From positions 1-64,000 of the forward strand of contig BK006938.2 in assembly GCA_000146045.2 (NCBI GenBank): 64,000 nucleotides of DNA. The letters run 5' to 3'. Shown piece by piece: positions 22,823 to 34,236 of this stretch. The notes beneath the pieces are model-generated. The model was not told the DNA's origin, did no database searches, and worked only from the letters and a program-made list of their open reading frames with translations. A program made the translations under genes and the position numbers. Within the stretch, counting starts at the first letter, position 1; every line of letters begins with the position of its first letter. The DNA comes from TPA_inf: Saccharomyces (taxonomy: Eukaryota).

Positions 22823-25800
22823 ATGATTCAAAATTCTGCTGGTTATCGATCGCTGAATACTGCATCTCCGATGACCGTGCAGGTGAAGAATCAGAAGAAA
22901 ATATGCGCCCGTTGTAACAAGTTAGTTATACCCGATAGCCAACGAACTAAAACAACTTTAAAGGCTCTCGGTAAATATTATCATGAAAGTTGTTTTACCT
23001 GCCAAGACTGTCAGAAACCTTTAAAACCGAAGTACTTCCCATATCAAGTAGACAAGACAAGTGAATCTATATTGTTATGCCAATACGATTATTTTAGAAG
23101 ACATAATTTGTTATGTCATGTATGTGATACCCCATTGCGTGGATTATATTATACCGCATTCGGTTACAGATACGACGAAGAGCATTTTTCTTGTACAATA
23201 TGTGCTACTCCTTGTGGGGTTAAAAAATGCTTCATGTACGGAAACCAATTGTATTGCAAGTACCACTTTCTCAAGTATTTTTCGAAACGTTGCAAAGGGT
23301 GCGAGTTCCCAATATCGGATCAATATATCGAGTTTCCTAAAGGTGAAGAAATACATTGTTGGCATCCGGAATGTTATGGAATTCATAAATATTGGCATGT
23401 AAATTTAGCAGCAGAAACTGTTGGTTTGCAGTACCTTCCCAAGCTGGAATATAACCCAAATTCCGGAGACAAAGATATAAACCCAACTGCCTACGAGTTA
23501 GATAAACAAATGCAGGCGTTTAACTTTATTCTATCTAAAACGTGGTCGGTTTTATATCGTTTTGAGGAAGAGGCAGCTTCTTGCATTTCTGATATGTTTC
23601 AATATTTGACAAGCAATGATCAGTTAAAGGGCATAGAGTCTACGGGTCTGTTGGTACTAAAAATCGACTGTCTTTTCCGGGGACTGGATACTTTAAACCT
23701 CTCGACGAACAAAAGTATGCCAGTTAACAGTGATCAAGAATGCATTGAAAACAACGCAATGGCGGCCAGTAAATACAGCAAGTTTCCCAAAAATCTGTCC
23801 ACAAAAATTATGATATATTTACAACTCTTAAGAAAGTTAGGGACAGAAAACAAAAACGAAACTATCACAATTTCATCTTTTATGTCTGTTATTACTGGAT
23901 TAGCCCATTTTCTAAAACTGTTAACAAGATTTGGGCTATATACGGCTCTAGAAAACAATAAGTTGACTCATTCTGTTAATCCATTGTTGAGGTTTTTAAG
24001 AGAAGTAGAGAAAAATGAGCTTTTTGAAAATAACCCGTTTCAGTATATAAAGACTCCTGTTAACGCCACAGATAGTTGCGCTGGATGCAATAAATACATA
24101 CAGGAGGAATGCATTCAATTTTATGAGCACCGGTGGCATATTGCTTGTTTTACTTGTTCTTCATGCCATAAGAATATAAATCCGAGGAGTTTGACGGATC
24201 CCACCTTTAATAAAGAGAAAAAAAAGATACTATGTTCTCACTGCTCAATTGATGATCCGGCCTCTGTGCCGGGTTTCAAATTTGTTACTAAGCTAGCACA
24301 ACTAATTTTTCTTCTAAAAATTGCCCTAGTCAAATCAAGAACTGTAATGTTGAAATCGAAAGCATCTAACAAGGTAGGCAGAAACTCTTTACAGAGTACT
24401 ATGCTAAAGGAACAAACTTACATTAGGACACTGAATGATATTAAAAGATTGAGATCTAGAAGAGAAAGTGTTCGGGTCACTCATAACAAACAACAAGCTA
24501 GAAAATCAGTGATACTGGAAACTGCAGAGACAGATTTAAATGACCCGACAAAACAAGGAGATAGTAAAAATCTTGTGATTCAAACAGATGACCCATCATC
24601 GAGCCAACAAGTGAGCACACGTGAAAATGTTTTCAGTAATACTAAGACGTTGACACTAGATGATATTTCACGTATTGTTGCCGCTGAACAAGCAAGGGAG
24701 CTAAGACCTAACGCTTTTGCACACTTTAAAAAACTAAAAGAAACCGATGACGAAACTTCGAATGTTGTTCCCAAGAAAAGCGGAGTTTATTACTCTGAAT
24801 TAAGTACGATGGAACTCTCGATGATAAGGGCTATCAGTTTGTCACTGCTAGCTGGTAAACAACTGATATCGAAGACTGATCCTAACTATACTAGCTTAGT
24901 CTCAATGGTCTTCTCGAATGAAAAGCAAGTCACAGGTAGCTTTTGGAACAGAATGAAAATCATGATGAGCATGGAGCCTAAAAAGCCCATCACTAAGACT
25001 GTTTTTGGTGCTCCTTTAGATGTGTTGTGCGAGAAATGGGGTGTTGATTCCGATTTAGGTGTGGGGCCAGTGAAGATTAGGATCCCCATAATTATTGACG
25101 AGCTAATATCATCTTTGAGGCAAATGGATATGTCAGTAGAAGGTATTTTCAGGAAAAATGGAAATATCAGAAGACTGAGAGAACTAACTGCTAACATCGA
25201 CAGTAATCCAACAGAAGCTCCAGACTTCTCGAAAGAAAATGCAATCCAATTATCTGCTCTTTTGAAGAAATTTATCAGAGAGCTTCCCCAACCGATTTTA
25301 TCGACAGACTTATATGAACTATGGATTAAGGCCGCGAAAATTGATTTAGAGGATGAGAAACAGCGTGTTATATTGCTAATATATTCCTTATTACCCACTT
25401 ACAATCGCAATTTACTGGAGGCACTTTTGTCATTTTTGCATTGGACGTCCTCATTCTCTTACATTGAGAATGAAATGGGATCAAAAATGGACATTCACAA
25501 TTTATCCACAGTCATAACACCTAATATTTTATATTTGCGACATAAAGAAATTTCCAATGATAACGTCCCTGACGAACCAGAATCAGGTTTAGTTGATTCA
25601 TTCGCTCAAAACAAGGGAGAAAATTACTTTTTGGCTATTGAGATAGTTGATTACCTGATTACTCACAATGAAGAAATGGCAATGGTTCCGAAATTTTTAA
25701 TGAATCTTTTAAAAGATGTGCAGTTACAAAAATTAGATAACTACGAATCAATCAACCATTTTATTTCCACCGTTATGCAAAGTAAAACAATCGATTATTC

Positions 25801-25876
25801 CGAATGTGACATAAAAACTCCTGTCACAGTCAAAGATTCGACCACAACGGTCATACAAGGTGAAATAAACAAATAA
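22823..25876 (+). CDS. LRG1: LIM-domain Rho GTPase-activating protein, 1017 aa
   Basis: ATG at 22823; three N-terminal LIM-type Cys/His zinc fingers (CARCNKLV...HESCFTCQDC etc.); C-terminal RhoGAP domain with arginine-finger motif GIFRKNGN; length matches YDL240W. Confidence 0.95.
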   Translation: MIQNSAGYRSLNTASPMTVQVKNQKKICARCNKLVIPDSQRTKTTLKALGKYYHESCFTCQDCQKPLKPKYFPYQVDKTSESILLCQYDYFRRHNLLCHVCDTPLRGLYYTAFGYRYDEEHFSCTICATPCGVKKCFMYGNQLYCKYHFLKYFSKRCKGCEFPISDQYIEFPKGEEIHCWHPECYGIHKYWHVNLAAETVGLQYLPKLEYNPNSGDKDINPTAYELDKQMQAFNFILSKTWSVLYRFEEEAASCISDMFQYLTSNDQLKGIESTGLLVLKIDCLFRGLDTLNLSTNKSMPVNSDQECIENNAMAASKYSKFPKNLSTKIMIYLQLLRKLGTENKNETITISSFMSVITGLAHFLKLLTRFGLYTALENNKLTHSVNPLLRFLREVEKNELFENNPFQYIKTPVNATDSCAGCNKYIQEECIQFYEHRWHIACFTCSSCHKNINPRSLTDPTFNKEKKKILCSHCSIDDPASVPGFKFVTKLAQLIFLLKIALVKSRTVMLKSKASNKVGRNSLQSTMLKEQTYIRTLNDIKRLRSRRESVRVTHNKQQARKSVILETAETDLNDPTKQGDSKNLVIQTDDPSSSQQVSTRENVFSNTKTLTLDDISRIVAAEQARELRPNAFAHFKKLKETDDETSNVVPKKSGVYYSELSTMELSMIRAISLSLLAGKQLISKTDPNYTSLVSMVFSNEKQVTGSFWNRMKIMMSMEPKKPITKTVFGAPLDVLCEKWGVDSDLGVGPVKIRIPIIIDELISSLRQMDMSVEGIFRKNGNIRRLRELTANIDSNPTEAPDFSKENAIQLSALLKKFIRELPQPILSTDLYELWIKAAKIDLEDEKQRVILLIYSLLPTYNRNLLEALLSFLHWTSSFSYIENEMGSKMDIHNLSTVITPNILYLRHKEISNDNVPDEPESGLVDSFAQNKGENYFLAIEIVDYLITHNEEMAMVPKFLMNLLKDVQLQKLDNYESINHFISTVMQSKTIDYSECDIKTPVTVKDSTTTVIQGEINK

Positions 25877-26402
25877 TAGGCAGAAACTGTAAGTTTCCCC
25901 TCATTTTCCTTTTTTTCTTCTCCTTCCCCTCAGATTTCGAGGTTTGTCGTTCTTATTAGAGTTCTTTGCTTTTTTCTTTGCCTATTTCAATAAAATCTTA
26001 CCAGTATGCTATGGAAATGGACATTATTTTATTATTATACAACATAGTATATTCTGACTAAAATGGAATTAGAAATTGTAACATTAGTATGTACTTATAA
26101 TCATTTGTATCATTGTATTACTCGCCTTTTGATGTAAATTTTGTTTATATCTCAGAACATCTCCAACAGCAGATCAGAAGTTACATTGTTCTTGTAAGTG
26201 CTTAAGAAGTCTGTTAGCAAATTGAAATCTTTCAGAAGAATATTCCACCAAAATTTCGGAAAAGCAATACCAGCGGTAAAATATCTGCCATGCTCTATAT
26301 TATGTGACTTTATTTTAGGTGCACCCCCCACCAGTAACTTATTCTCTAAATAATAATTAATGACACCATTGAATATATTAGTTCTAAATAAAAAAAAAAA
26401 AG

Positions 26403-28775
26403 CTAAGAAAAGAAATATTTAAACAACGCTTGCAAATCATACTCAAGAGGATGCTTTACTTCAGCAATATCATGATTGTTCAAAAACTCATTCATTGCGA
26501 CCTTTCTTCTACTTTTGAAATCTAACTGTTTACCAAAAACCTTAAGGTTCAAATCATTAGCAAATTTTGTGAGAAGTGTAAGCTCACATCTAAGTTGAAT
26601 GACAATTGTTGGTACAATTTTTAAGAAGGTTTTTAATGGGATATCCAACACAATTAATAAATTTTTGATTAGATTTTGCGATTGCACATAGGTAAGGTCT
26701 GTCAGAATATCAAGACCCAAGGAGTCGTACTTTTCCTTCGTTATATGTGGAAAAGATTTTCCAACAGTTTCAAAATTAAGTTCGGTAGAAGGATCACCAT
26801 ATAGTTTTTTTAAATTCAGCTTCTCTTGGAATACATCTTCTTTTAGTGATAGAATTGTTTCTTCGAGTTTTAATATTTCACTTTGTTTTCCAGCTAACTC
26901 GTCAGTAATTTTCTTATGTGTGTTTTCTGACTCTTGAATTTGAGTGCTCCATCTTGAAGCAATCAAAGCCTGATTCTGAAGTTTCTCAACAATTTCCTGG
27001 TGTTCATTCATGTAATCGTTCAATTTATCTTCGGCATTTTTCTGAATTTTTTCACTTAGTATTAATTTTTCTTTTAACTCGCTCTTCAGTTTTTGAAAGT
27101 TTTCTTCCTTGAGGTTCAGGATATCATGCCATCTCCTTTTTTCCAAACGAAATTGTTGTTCTTTTGTTAACGCCTCTTTTTGAAGATATTTTATTTTGTG
27201 ACTGTGCTGCTGTTGCATAAAATGTAATCTTTCATTAATCAATTTAAAGACAGAAATGATTTTTTCAAGACGTATACGGTCATTCTTTTCCAAAAGTTCT
27301 ATCTTTCCTTTTAATTGTTTGTATTGCTCCATATTTTCAAGATTTTTGATATCTTGAAAATCCGGATAAAGCTTGGCAAAACCGTTTTGAAACATCGAAG
27401 GGGAATGGCCACATTTCATTTCTTCTAGTATGAATTTACCAAGGTCTTTCTCAAAAAGAGAAAGATTTTGCATATAGCTGTAAACATCATTTAACCTTTT
27501 CTCGTAAAACGAACCATTATCATGTAATTTTTTATTTTCATCTTGAGAAAGTTGCAAATTGCTTTTCAGTATTTCAACTTCAGATCTTAATTTTACTATA
27601 GAGTTATTCGATTCGTTAATATCTTTTAGAAATTTATCATTTTCTTGCTGCAAGTTTAGGATTTGTTTTTGCTTCCTGTATAGTTCCGAAACTAAAATAT
27701 TTCTTTGAGAAAAAGCTTTACATTTAGTTTTGGCACTAGTCACTTCATTCTTCTCCTTCTTGCTAGCGTTTTTGTTTTGAAAGTCTGTAATTTTTTCTTC
27801 TCTAATTTTTTTAATTTCTTTGCGAAACCGGTCCTGAACAATGTTGAGCCTTTTTGATGCAGCTTTTCTTTCGTTGTGGAATTCCTTCTGCAAGTCTTCT
27901 ATTCTTTGAAGTTTAGCATCATTCATGCTATTAAGTTCTTCTAGTTCTTGAATCCTGTCATCCTTCTCTTCTAGTTTTTGTCTTAGTGCTTTGATCTCTT
28001 CATTTTGGGACTGGAGCTCATCTAATACCTTGGGTAAACTATTTTCTTTAGAAATACTTCCTCCATATGATGAAGAAGATAGCCTAATTTCTCCTAATTT
28101 CATATATTCGGACTGTTCTTCATCTGGAGTTTTAGATGAGCGAAATACGTTCTCTAGATGCGCAACCTCTATATTCTCCTCCAGACTCTCATTGCTTACA
28201 ACATAATGCTCATCATTTGAGATTGCTGCGACTTTGTGGGGATTCGTGAGGAGCTTTGTAGGTGTAGAAGAAAATCTATTCACTTCAATACTATTGTGTA
28301 CTTTGTATGTGGTAAATTTACCAGGGCTTACATTTCCTAATGTACTGGGCTTTCCTGCAGGTGACAGAGCCTGCGAGCCTATTCCTACAGTTGGTAAACC
28401 ACCCCTTTGTAGAAATTTATTAGGCGATTTTAAAGTATTTTTTTCCGTAGCATTTTCCAATGTACTAATGTTACCAGAAGGTGAAGAGGCTTCTGAACCT
28501 GCCCAACTCTCTGAGCGGTTTCTTCGGGAACGCCTATTCGACAGTTTTGATATAATATCAGAAGAAATACTTTCCTGCACATTAGATTTTTCAGTGGACG
28601 TAGGTACTTCAGAGTCTATCCAAGTTTGTGAACGCCGCTCTCGAAAAGGTTTACTTTCTGGAGACTTAGTTAAAGTGCCATCAGTAACATGTCTCATCTC
28701 CCCCTGCTGGTCGCAATCCGAGTTTTGTTCCTTTAGGGATTCAGGCTTATTCAAAAATGCTAACCAATGATTCAT
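26403..28775 (-). CDS. ADY3: Sporulation-specific coiled-coil protein of the meiotic outer plaque / leading-edge complex, 790 aa
   Basis: ATG at 28775 (minus); Ser-rich N-terminus then long heptad-rich E/K/L coiled-coil region; length and position match YDL239C. Confidence 0.85.
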   Translation of the reverse strand: MNHWLAFLNKPESLKEQNSDCDQQGEMRHVTDGTLTKSPESKPFRERRSQTWIDSEVPTSTEKSNVQESISSDIISKLSNRRSRRNRSESWAGSEASSPSGNISTLENATEKNTLKSPNKFLQRGGLPTVGIGSQALSPAGKPSTLGNVSPGKFTTYKVHNSIEVNRFSSTPTKLLTNPHKVAAISNDEHYVVSNESLEENIEVAHLENVFRSSKTPDEEQSEYMKLGEIRLSSSSYGGSISKENSLPKVLDELQSQNEEIKALRQKLEEKDDRIQELEELNSMNDAKLQRIEDLQKEFHNERKAASKRLNIVQDRFRKEIKKIREEKITDFQNKNASKKEKNEVTSAKTKCKAFSQRNILVSELYRKQKQILNLQQENDKFLKDINESNNSIVKLRSEVEILKSNLQLSQDENKKLHDNGSFYEKRLNDVYSYMQNLSLFEKDLGKFILEEMKCGHSPSMFQNGFAKLYPDFQDIKNLENMEQYKQLKGKIELLEKNDRIRLEKIISVFKLINERLHFMQQQHSHKIKYLQKEALTKEQQFRLEKRRWHDILNLKEENFQKLKSELKEKLILSEKIQKNAEDKLNDYMNEHQEIVEKLQNQALIASRWSTQIQESENTHKKITDELAGKQSEILKLEETILSLKEDVFQEKLNLKKLYGDPSTELNFETVGKSFPHITKEKYDSLGLDILTDLTYVQSQNLIKNLLIVLDIPLKTFLKIVPTIVIQLRCELTLLTKFANDLNLKVFGKQLDFKSRRKVAMNEFLNNHDIAEVKHPLEYDLQALFKYFFS

Positions 28776-28984
28776 ATTCGGAGAAGTTTGTTGTATTCAA
28801 CTATCCCATTCAAAATCCCAAACCGAGTTTTGCAATTCTTTCACTGGCAAATCTCTTTGTGTTCCTAATCTTAATATTGTACAATGGGCGGCTAAAGCGC
28901 GATACGCAAAAGAAATTTGTACATATACTCAAATTACTCATTAATACTTGGAACAAGATATAGTAGCCCTCTAAACATATACAA

Positions 28985-30478
<1,494 letters not shown>

Positions 30479-30656
30479 TCATATATTCATTCAATAAAAT
30501 GTTGTTCTTTTGCCAATGGCCTGTTTTAAAATCCTTATCTTGTCTCCTTTTATAATCCGAAACTATCCAAACTTCCGAGTGATAAATCGCCGGATAGGCA
30601 TAAAATATGACTCGAGATAAGACCAACAAAGATAAGTACCTCGGTTTAGTTAAGCG

Positions 30657-31829
30657 ATGTTAGGACTGAAAGGGTGTCTAACTATTCTTATTGGATACGT
30701 TATTGCTGTCTGTGCTTTGTTTTCCAGTAGGGGAAGAAATCCTTCATTAACTGATTGGGAAAAGTTAAAGGACCAGAAAATATCGAATATTGATAACTTT
30801 GGGTTGACCGGTCAACATCTTTTAGAATTTTTCCAGGAAAACTTGCCATTTCTAAGTTTTTCAGAGGAAAAGTATCGTCACAAACACGTTTCTTTATATT
30901 ATGATGTATTCAAAGAATATATCTTACGTCGTGCCAGTTCAAAAAAGTGTTTACCAGTAGACTCTGCTATCGCAAAGTTGAACAAAGATGTTAACCCAAT
31001 GCCAGTTCACTCCCATAATGACTACTGGAGGAAACTTCCGCTTTTTGAAGGTCTGGCCTATGGTGCTAGTAGTACTGAAGCCGACGTGTGGAATATAGAT
31101 GAAAAGATCCTAGCTGTGGGTCATAATGAAGCGTATTTGGACCCAGTTGAATTGACATTAGACAAGCTATACACTGGCCCCCTCTTGGAGATTTTAGACG
31201 AGGTGAATTGCCAAGATTCAGACGCCGATCGCAAAAATGGTGTATTTTTCAACTCTCCAGAAACTTCACTCTTCTTTTATATTGATTTCAAGTCGGATGA
31301 TAACGAACTAACTTATAAACTGCTGATGGAGCAATATTTCAAATCTCTGATTGATTCTGGATATTTGACATATTACGATATGAAGAAGGATGAAATTATT
31401 TGGAGACCTGTTACTGTGATACTAACGGGCAACTACCCGACGTCATTGGATATTTTAGACAATGGAAATGATAACGGCTATTTTGAGTCAAGTCAAAGGT
31501 TTGCATTTCTAGATGCGCCGTTGTTAAGTTTGGAGCCCAAATACTCAAAGCTATCTGTAGCTGCGACGGTTTCGTTCAGCCAATTAATGAAACATTGTGG
31601 TTCTGATCATTGGAAAGTATCGCTAAGAGGTCGTATGGATTCGAATGAGATCAGTTGTGCTAAAAGCATAATTGATGGTGCTCACGCATTGAAACTTAAA
31701 ACAAGAATTTGGGGAGCCCCAACCTGGCCAGCTAACCTGGTGGAAACTATTTCTCGCCAAATTATTCATGACTTGGGTTCCGATTTACTTAACCTGGACA
31801 ATTTATTCATGGCATCGTCATTGATATAA
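30657..31829 (+). CDS. AIM6: PI-PLC X-domain-like phosphodiesterase family protein with N-terminal signal/TM segment (altered inheritance of mitochondria 6), 390 aa
   Basis: ATG at 30657; hydrophobic N-terminus; HSHNDYW motif typical of PLC-like phosphodiesterases; length and position match YDL237W. Confidence 0.85.
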   Translation: MLGLKGCLTILIGYVIAVCALFSSRGRNPSLTDWEKLKDQKISNIDNFGLTGQHLLEFFQENLPFLSFSEEKYRHKHVSLYYDVFKEYILRRASSKKCLPVDSAIAKLNKDVNPMPVHSHNDYWRKLPLFEGLAYGASSTEADVWNIDEKILAVGHNEAYLDPVELTLDKLYTGPLLEILDEVNCQDSDADRKNGVFFNSPETSLFFYIDFKSDDNELTYKLLMEQYFKSLIDSGYLTYYDMKKDEIIWRPVTVILTGNYPTSLDILDNGNDNGYFESSQRFAFLDAPLLSLEPKYSKLSVAATVSFSQLMKHCGSDHWKVSLRGRMDSNEISCAKSIIDGAHALKLKTRIWGAPTWPANLVETISRQIIHDLGSDLLNLDNLFMASSLI

Positions 31830-32295
31830 GTGGCTTGAGCTGTGGATAAGAAAAGCCATATATTTATATAAACATTTAGATATGAATAGGAAGTAGATTG
31901 TTCGACGCAACTACCCGTTCAAGAAGTATAATGGGGAATGGTCTCATCTTCCCTCACAGGATATAGTTCTCTGAAGAGATACATACGTTTGTGTATACTA
32001 TGCTTCTTTATCAACTCAAGTTTTGTAGAGGAAGACGTTGAAGATGGTGATGTGACATCTTTACTATTCTCCAGCACGTTTTCAGTATTTACTTAATCGT
32101 ATATTAATGACGTCCCTTATCTATTAACTTTCCGGTTTTTCTTTTTTTCGGTGAATGTTCTTTCCGTTTTAGTGAATTTTTCAATTGTAATTGACGCAAT
32201 CGGTTTATAACAAGCAGACATAAATATCAAGCTCGAGCCAAATCACAAAAAAAGCCTTATAGCTTGCCCTGACAAAGAATATACAACTCGGGAAA

Positions 32296-33234
32296 ATGAC
32301 TGCTCAACAAGGTGTACCAATAAAGATAACCAATAAGGAGATTGCTCAAGAATTCTTGGACAAATATGACACGTTTCTGTTCGATTGTGATGGTGTATTA
32401 TGGTTAGGTTCTCAAGCATTACCATACACCCTGGAAATTCTAAACCTTTTGAAGCAATTGGGCAAACAACTGATCTTCGTTACGAATAACTCTACCAAGT
32501 CCCGTTTAGCATACACGAAAAAGTTTGCTTCGTTTGGTATTGATGTCAAAGAAGAACAGATTTTCACCTCTGGTTATGCGTCAGCTGTTTATATTCGTGA
32601 CTTTCTGAAATTGCAGCCTGGCAAAGATAAGGTATGGGTATTTGGAGAAAGCGGTATTGGTGAAGAATTGAAACTAATGGGGTACGAATCTCTAGGAGGT
32701 GCCGATTCCAGATTGGATACGCCGTTCGATGCAGCTAAATCACCATTTTTGGTGAACGGCCTTGATAAGGATGTTAGTTGTGTTATTGCTGGGTTAGACA
32801 CGAAGGTAAATTACCACCGTTTGGCTGTTACACTGCAGTATTTGCAGAAGGATTCTGTTCACTTTGTTGGTACAAATGTTGATTCTACTTTCCCGCAAAA
32901 GGGTTATACATTTCCCGGTGCAGGCTCCATGATTGAATCATTGGCATTCTCATCTAATAGGAGGCCATCGTACTGTGGTAAGCCAAATCAAAATATGCTA
33001 AACAGCATTATATCGGCATTCAACCTGGATAGATCAAAGTGCTGTATGGTTGGTGACAGATTAAACACCGATATGAAATTCGGTGTTGAAGGTGGGTTAG
33101 GTGGCACACTACTCGTTTTGAGTGGTATTGAAACCGAAGAGAGAGCCTTGAAGATTTCGCACGATTATCCAAGACCTAAATTTTACATTGATAAACTTGG
33201 TGACATCTACACCTTAACCAATAATGAGTTATAG
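32296..33234 (+). CDS. PHO13: HAD-superfamily p-nitrophenyl phosphatase / phosphoglycolate phosphatase-type enzyme, 312 aa
   Basis: ATG at 32296; HAD motif I FDCDGVLW and motif [10 protein letters not shown] present; length matches YDL236W. Confidence 0.95.
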
Positions 33235-33414
33235 AGGAGCAATGCAAAATCTAGGGGTAGAATTACTTTTTGAAAAGGAAAAATATTCAGGTTTGTTGTT
33301 TTTATGTAAGTTGTATGATTTGATATACATATATATATATATATAATATATATTGTACATGTGTTTTTCCGGGGAAGAATGGATTATCCGGAGGTGTGAA
33401 TAAAATGATGACGA

Positions 33415-33918
33415 TTATAGGTTTGTGTTGTAATATTTAGATAACTCAATTCTCGCCAGTTTGAACTCCAACCTAGACTGGTTCAAAGCTTTTGCTATCA
33501 AGATGAGATATATGGAATTTTCGTCTTTATCGTCCACTTGTATCTTTATTTCCTCGTCATCTTCATCAATATTGATTCCATTAATAATCGATTTATCGCT
33601 CAGAGTGTTGACCAATTCGGTCTTGTTGGGGAAGAAATGTTCCATTTTTCTTCCCAAGTTTTGAATTCTTTCACAAACCCAGGCAATTCTTTGTAAGCCT
33701 AATGCAGCAGAAGAACCCTTTAAAAAATGGCCCAGATTGTCTAATTCGGTAAGATTTTTTTCACCGTCCAGCTGTCGTTGCATTTGAGCAAAAGTTGTTT
33801 GTGCCTGGTCGATAAATTGAATAATTAGACCTTTAGAAAAATCGGAATCATCGTCATCCATAGATATAATTTCATTTAAGATGGTCCAATTGATGATTTC
33901 TGAGGGAATAGTAGACAT
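33415..33918 (-). CDS. YPD1: Histidine-containing phosphotransfer (HPt) protein of the Sln1-Ypd1-Ssk1 osmosensing phosphorelay, 167 aa
   Basis: ATG (plus-strand cat at 33916-33918) gives MSTIPSEIINW; the track's longer 187-aa ORF starts on a TTG, rejected. HPt motif around the phospho-His (GHFLKGSSAALG) present. Confidence 0.95.
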   Translation of the reverse strand: MSTIPSEIINWTILNEIISMDDDDSDFSKGLIIQFIDQAQTTFAQMQRQLDGEKNLTELDNLGHFLKGSSAALGLQRIAWVCERIQNLGRKMEHFFPNKTELVNTLSDKSIINGINIDEDDEEIKIQVDDKDENSIYLILIAKALNQSRLEFKLARIELSKYYNTNL

Positions 33919-34236
33919 TATTGTGTGTATTTTCTTGTTTCCGAGAACGAGTGTTGTTATTTCTTTTGAATTTTTCAAAGAAATAAAACTATTACACGTC
34001 AGTGGTTATCAATGATCCAGAGCACAACTATCGACCAACCCAACCGGTTTAGAAATTAAAAACAATAATGTTCCTAAATATAGGTTCAATTAAATTTGAT
34101 AAAAATATTAAACTTTTTATGTAATTTTTCTTCAGTTTTTCCGTTTCGGGCGGGTTACGGATGTATTGATGATTATGTGGCATAAACGAATTATATCTCC
34201 GGTATTCAATATGTAAAGTTCCGTTTCTATTTACCA

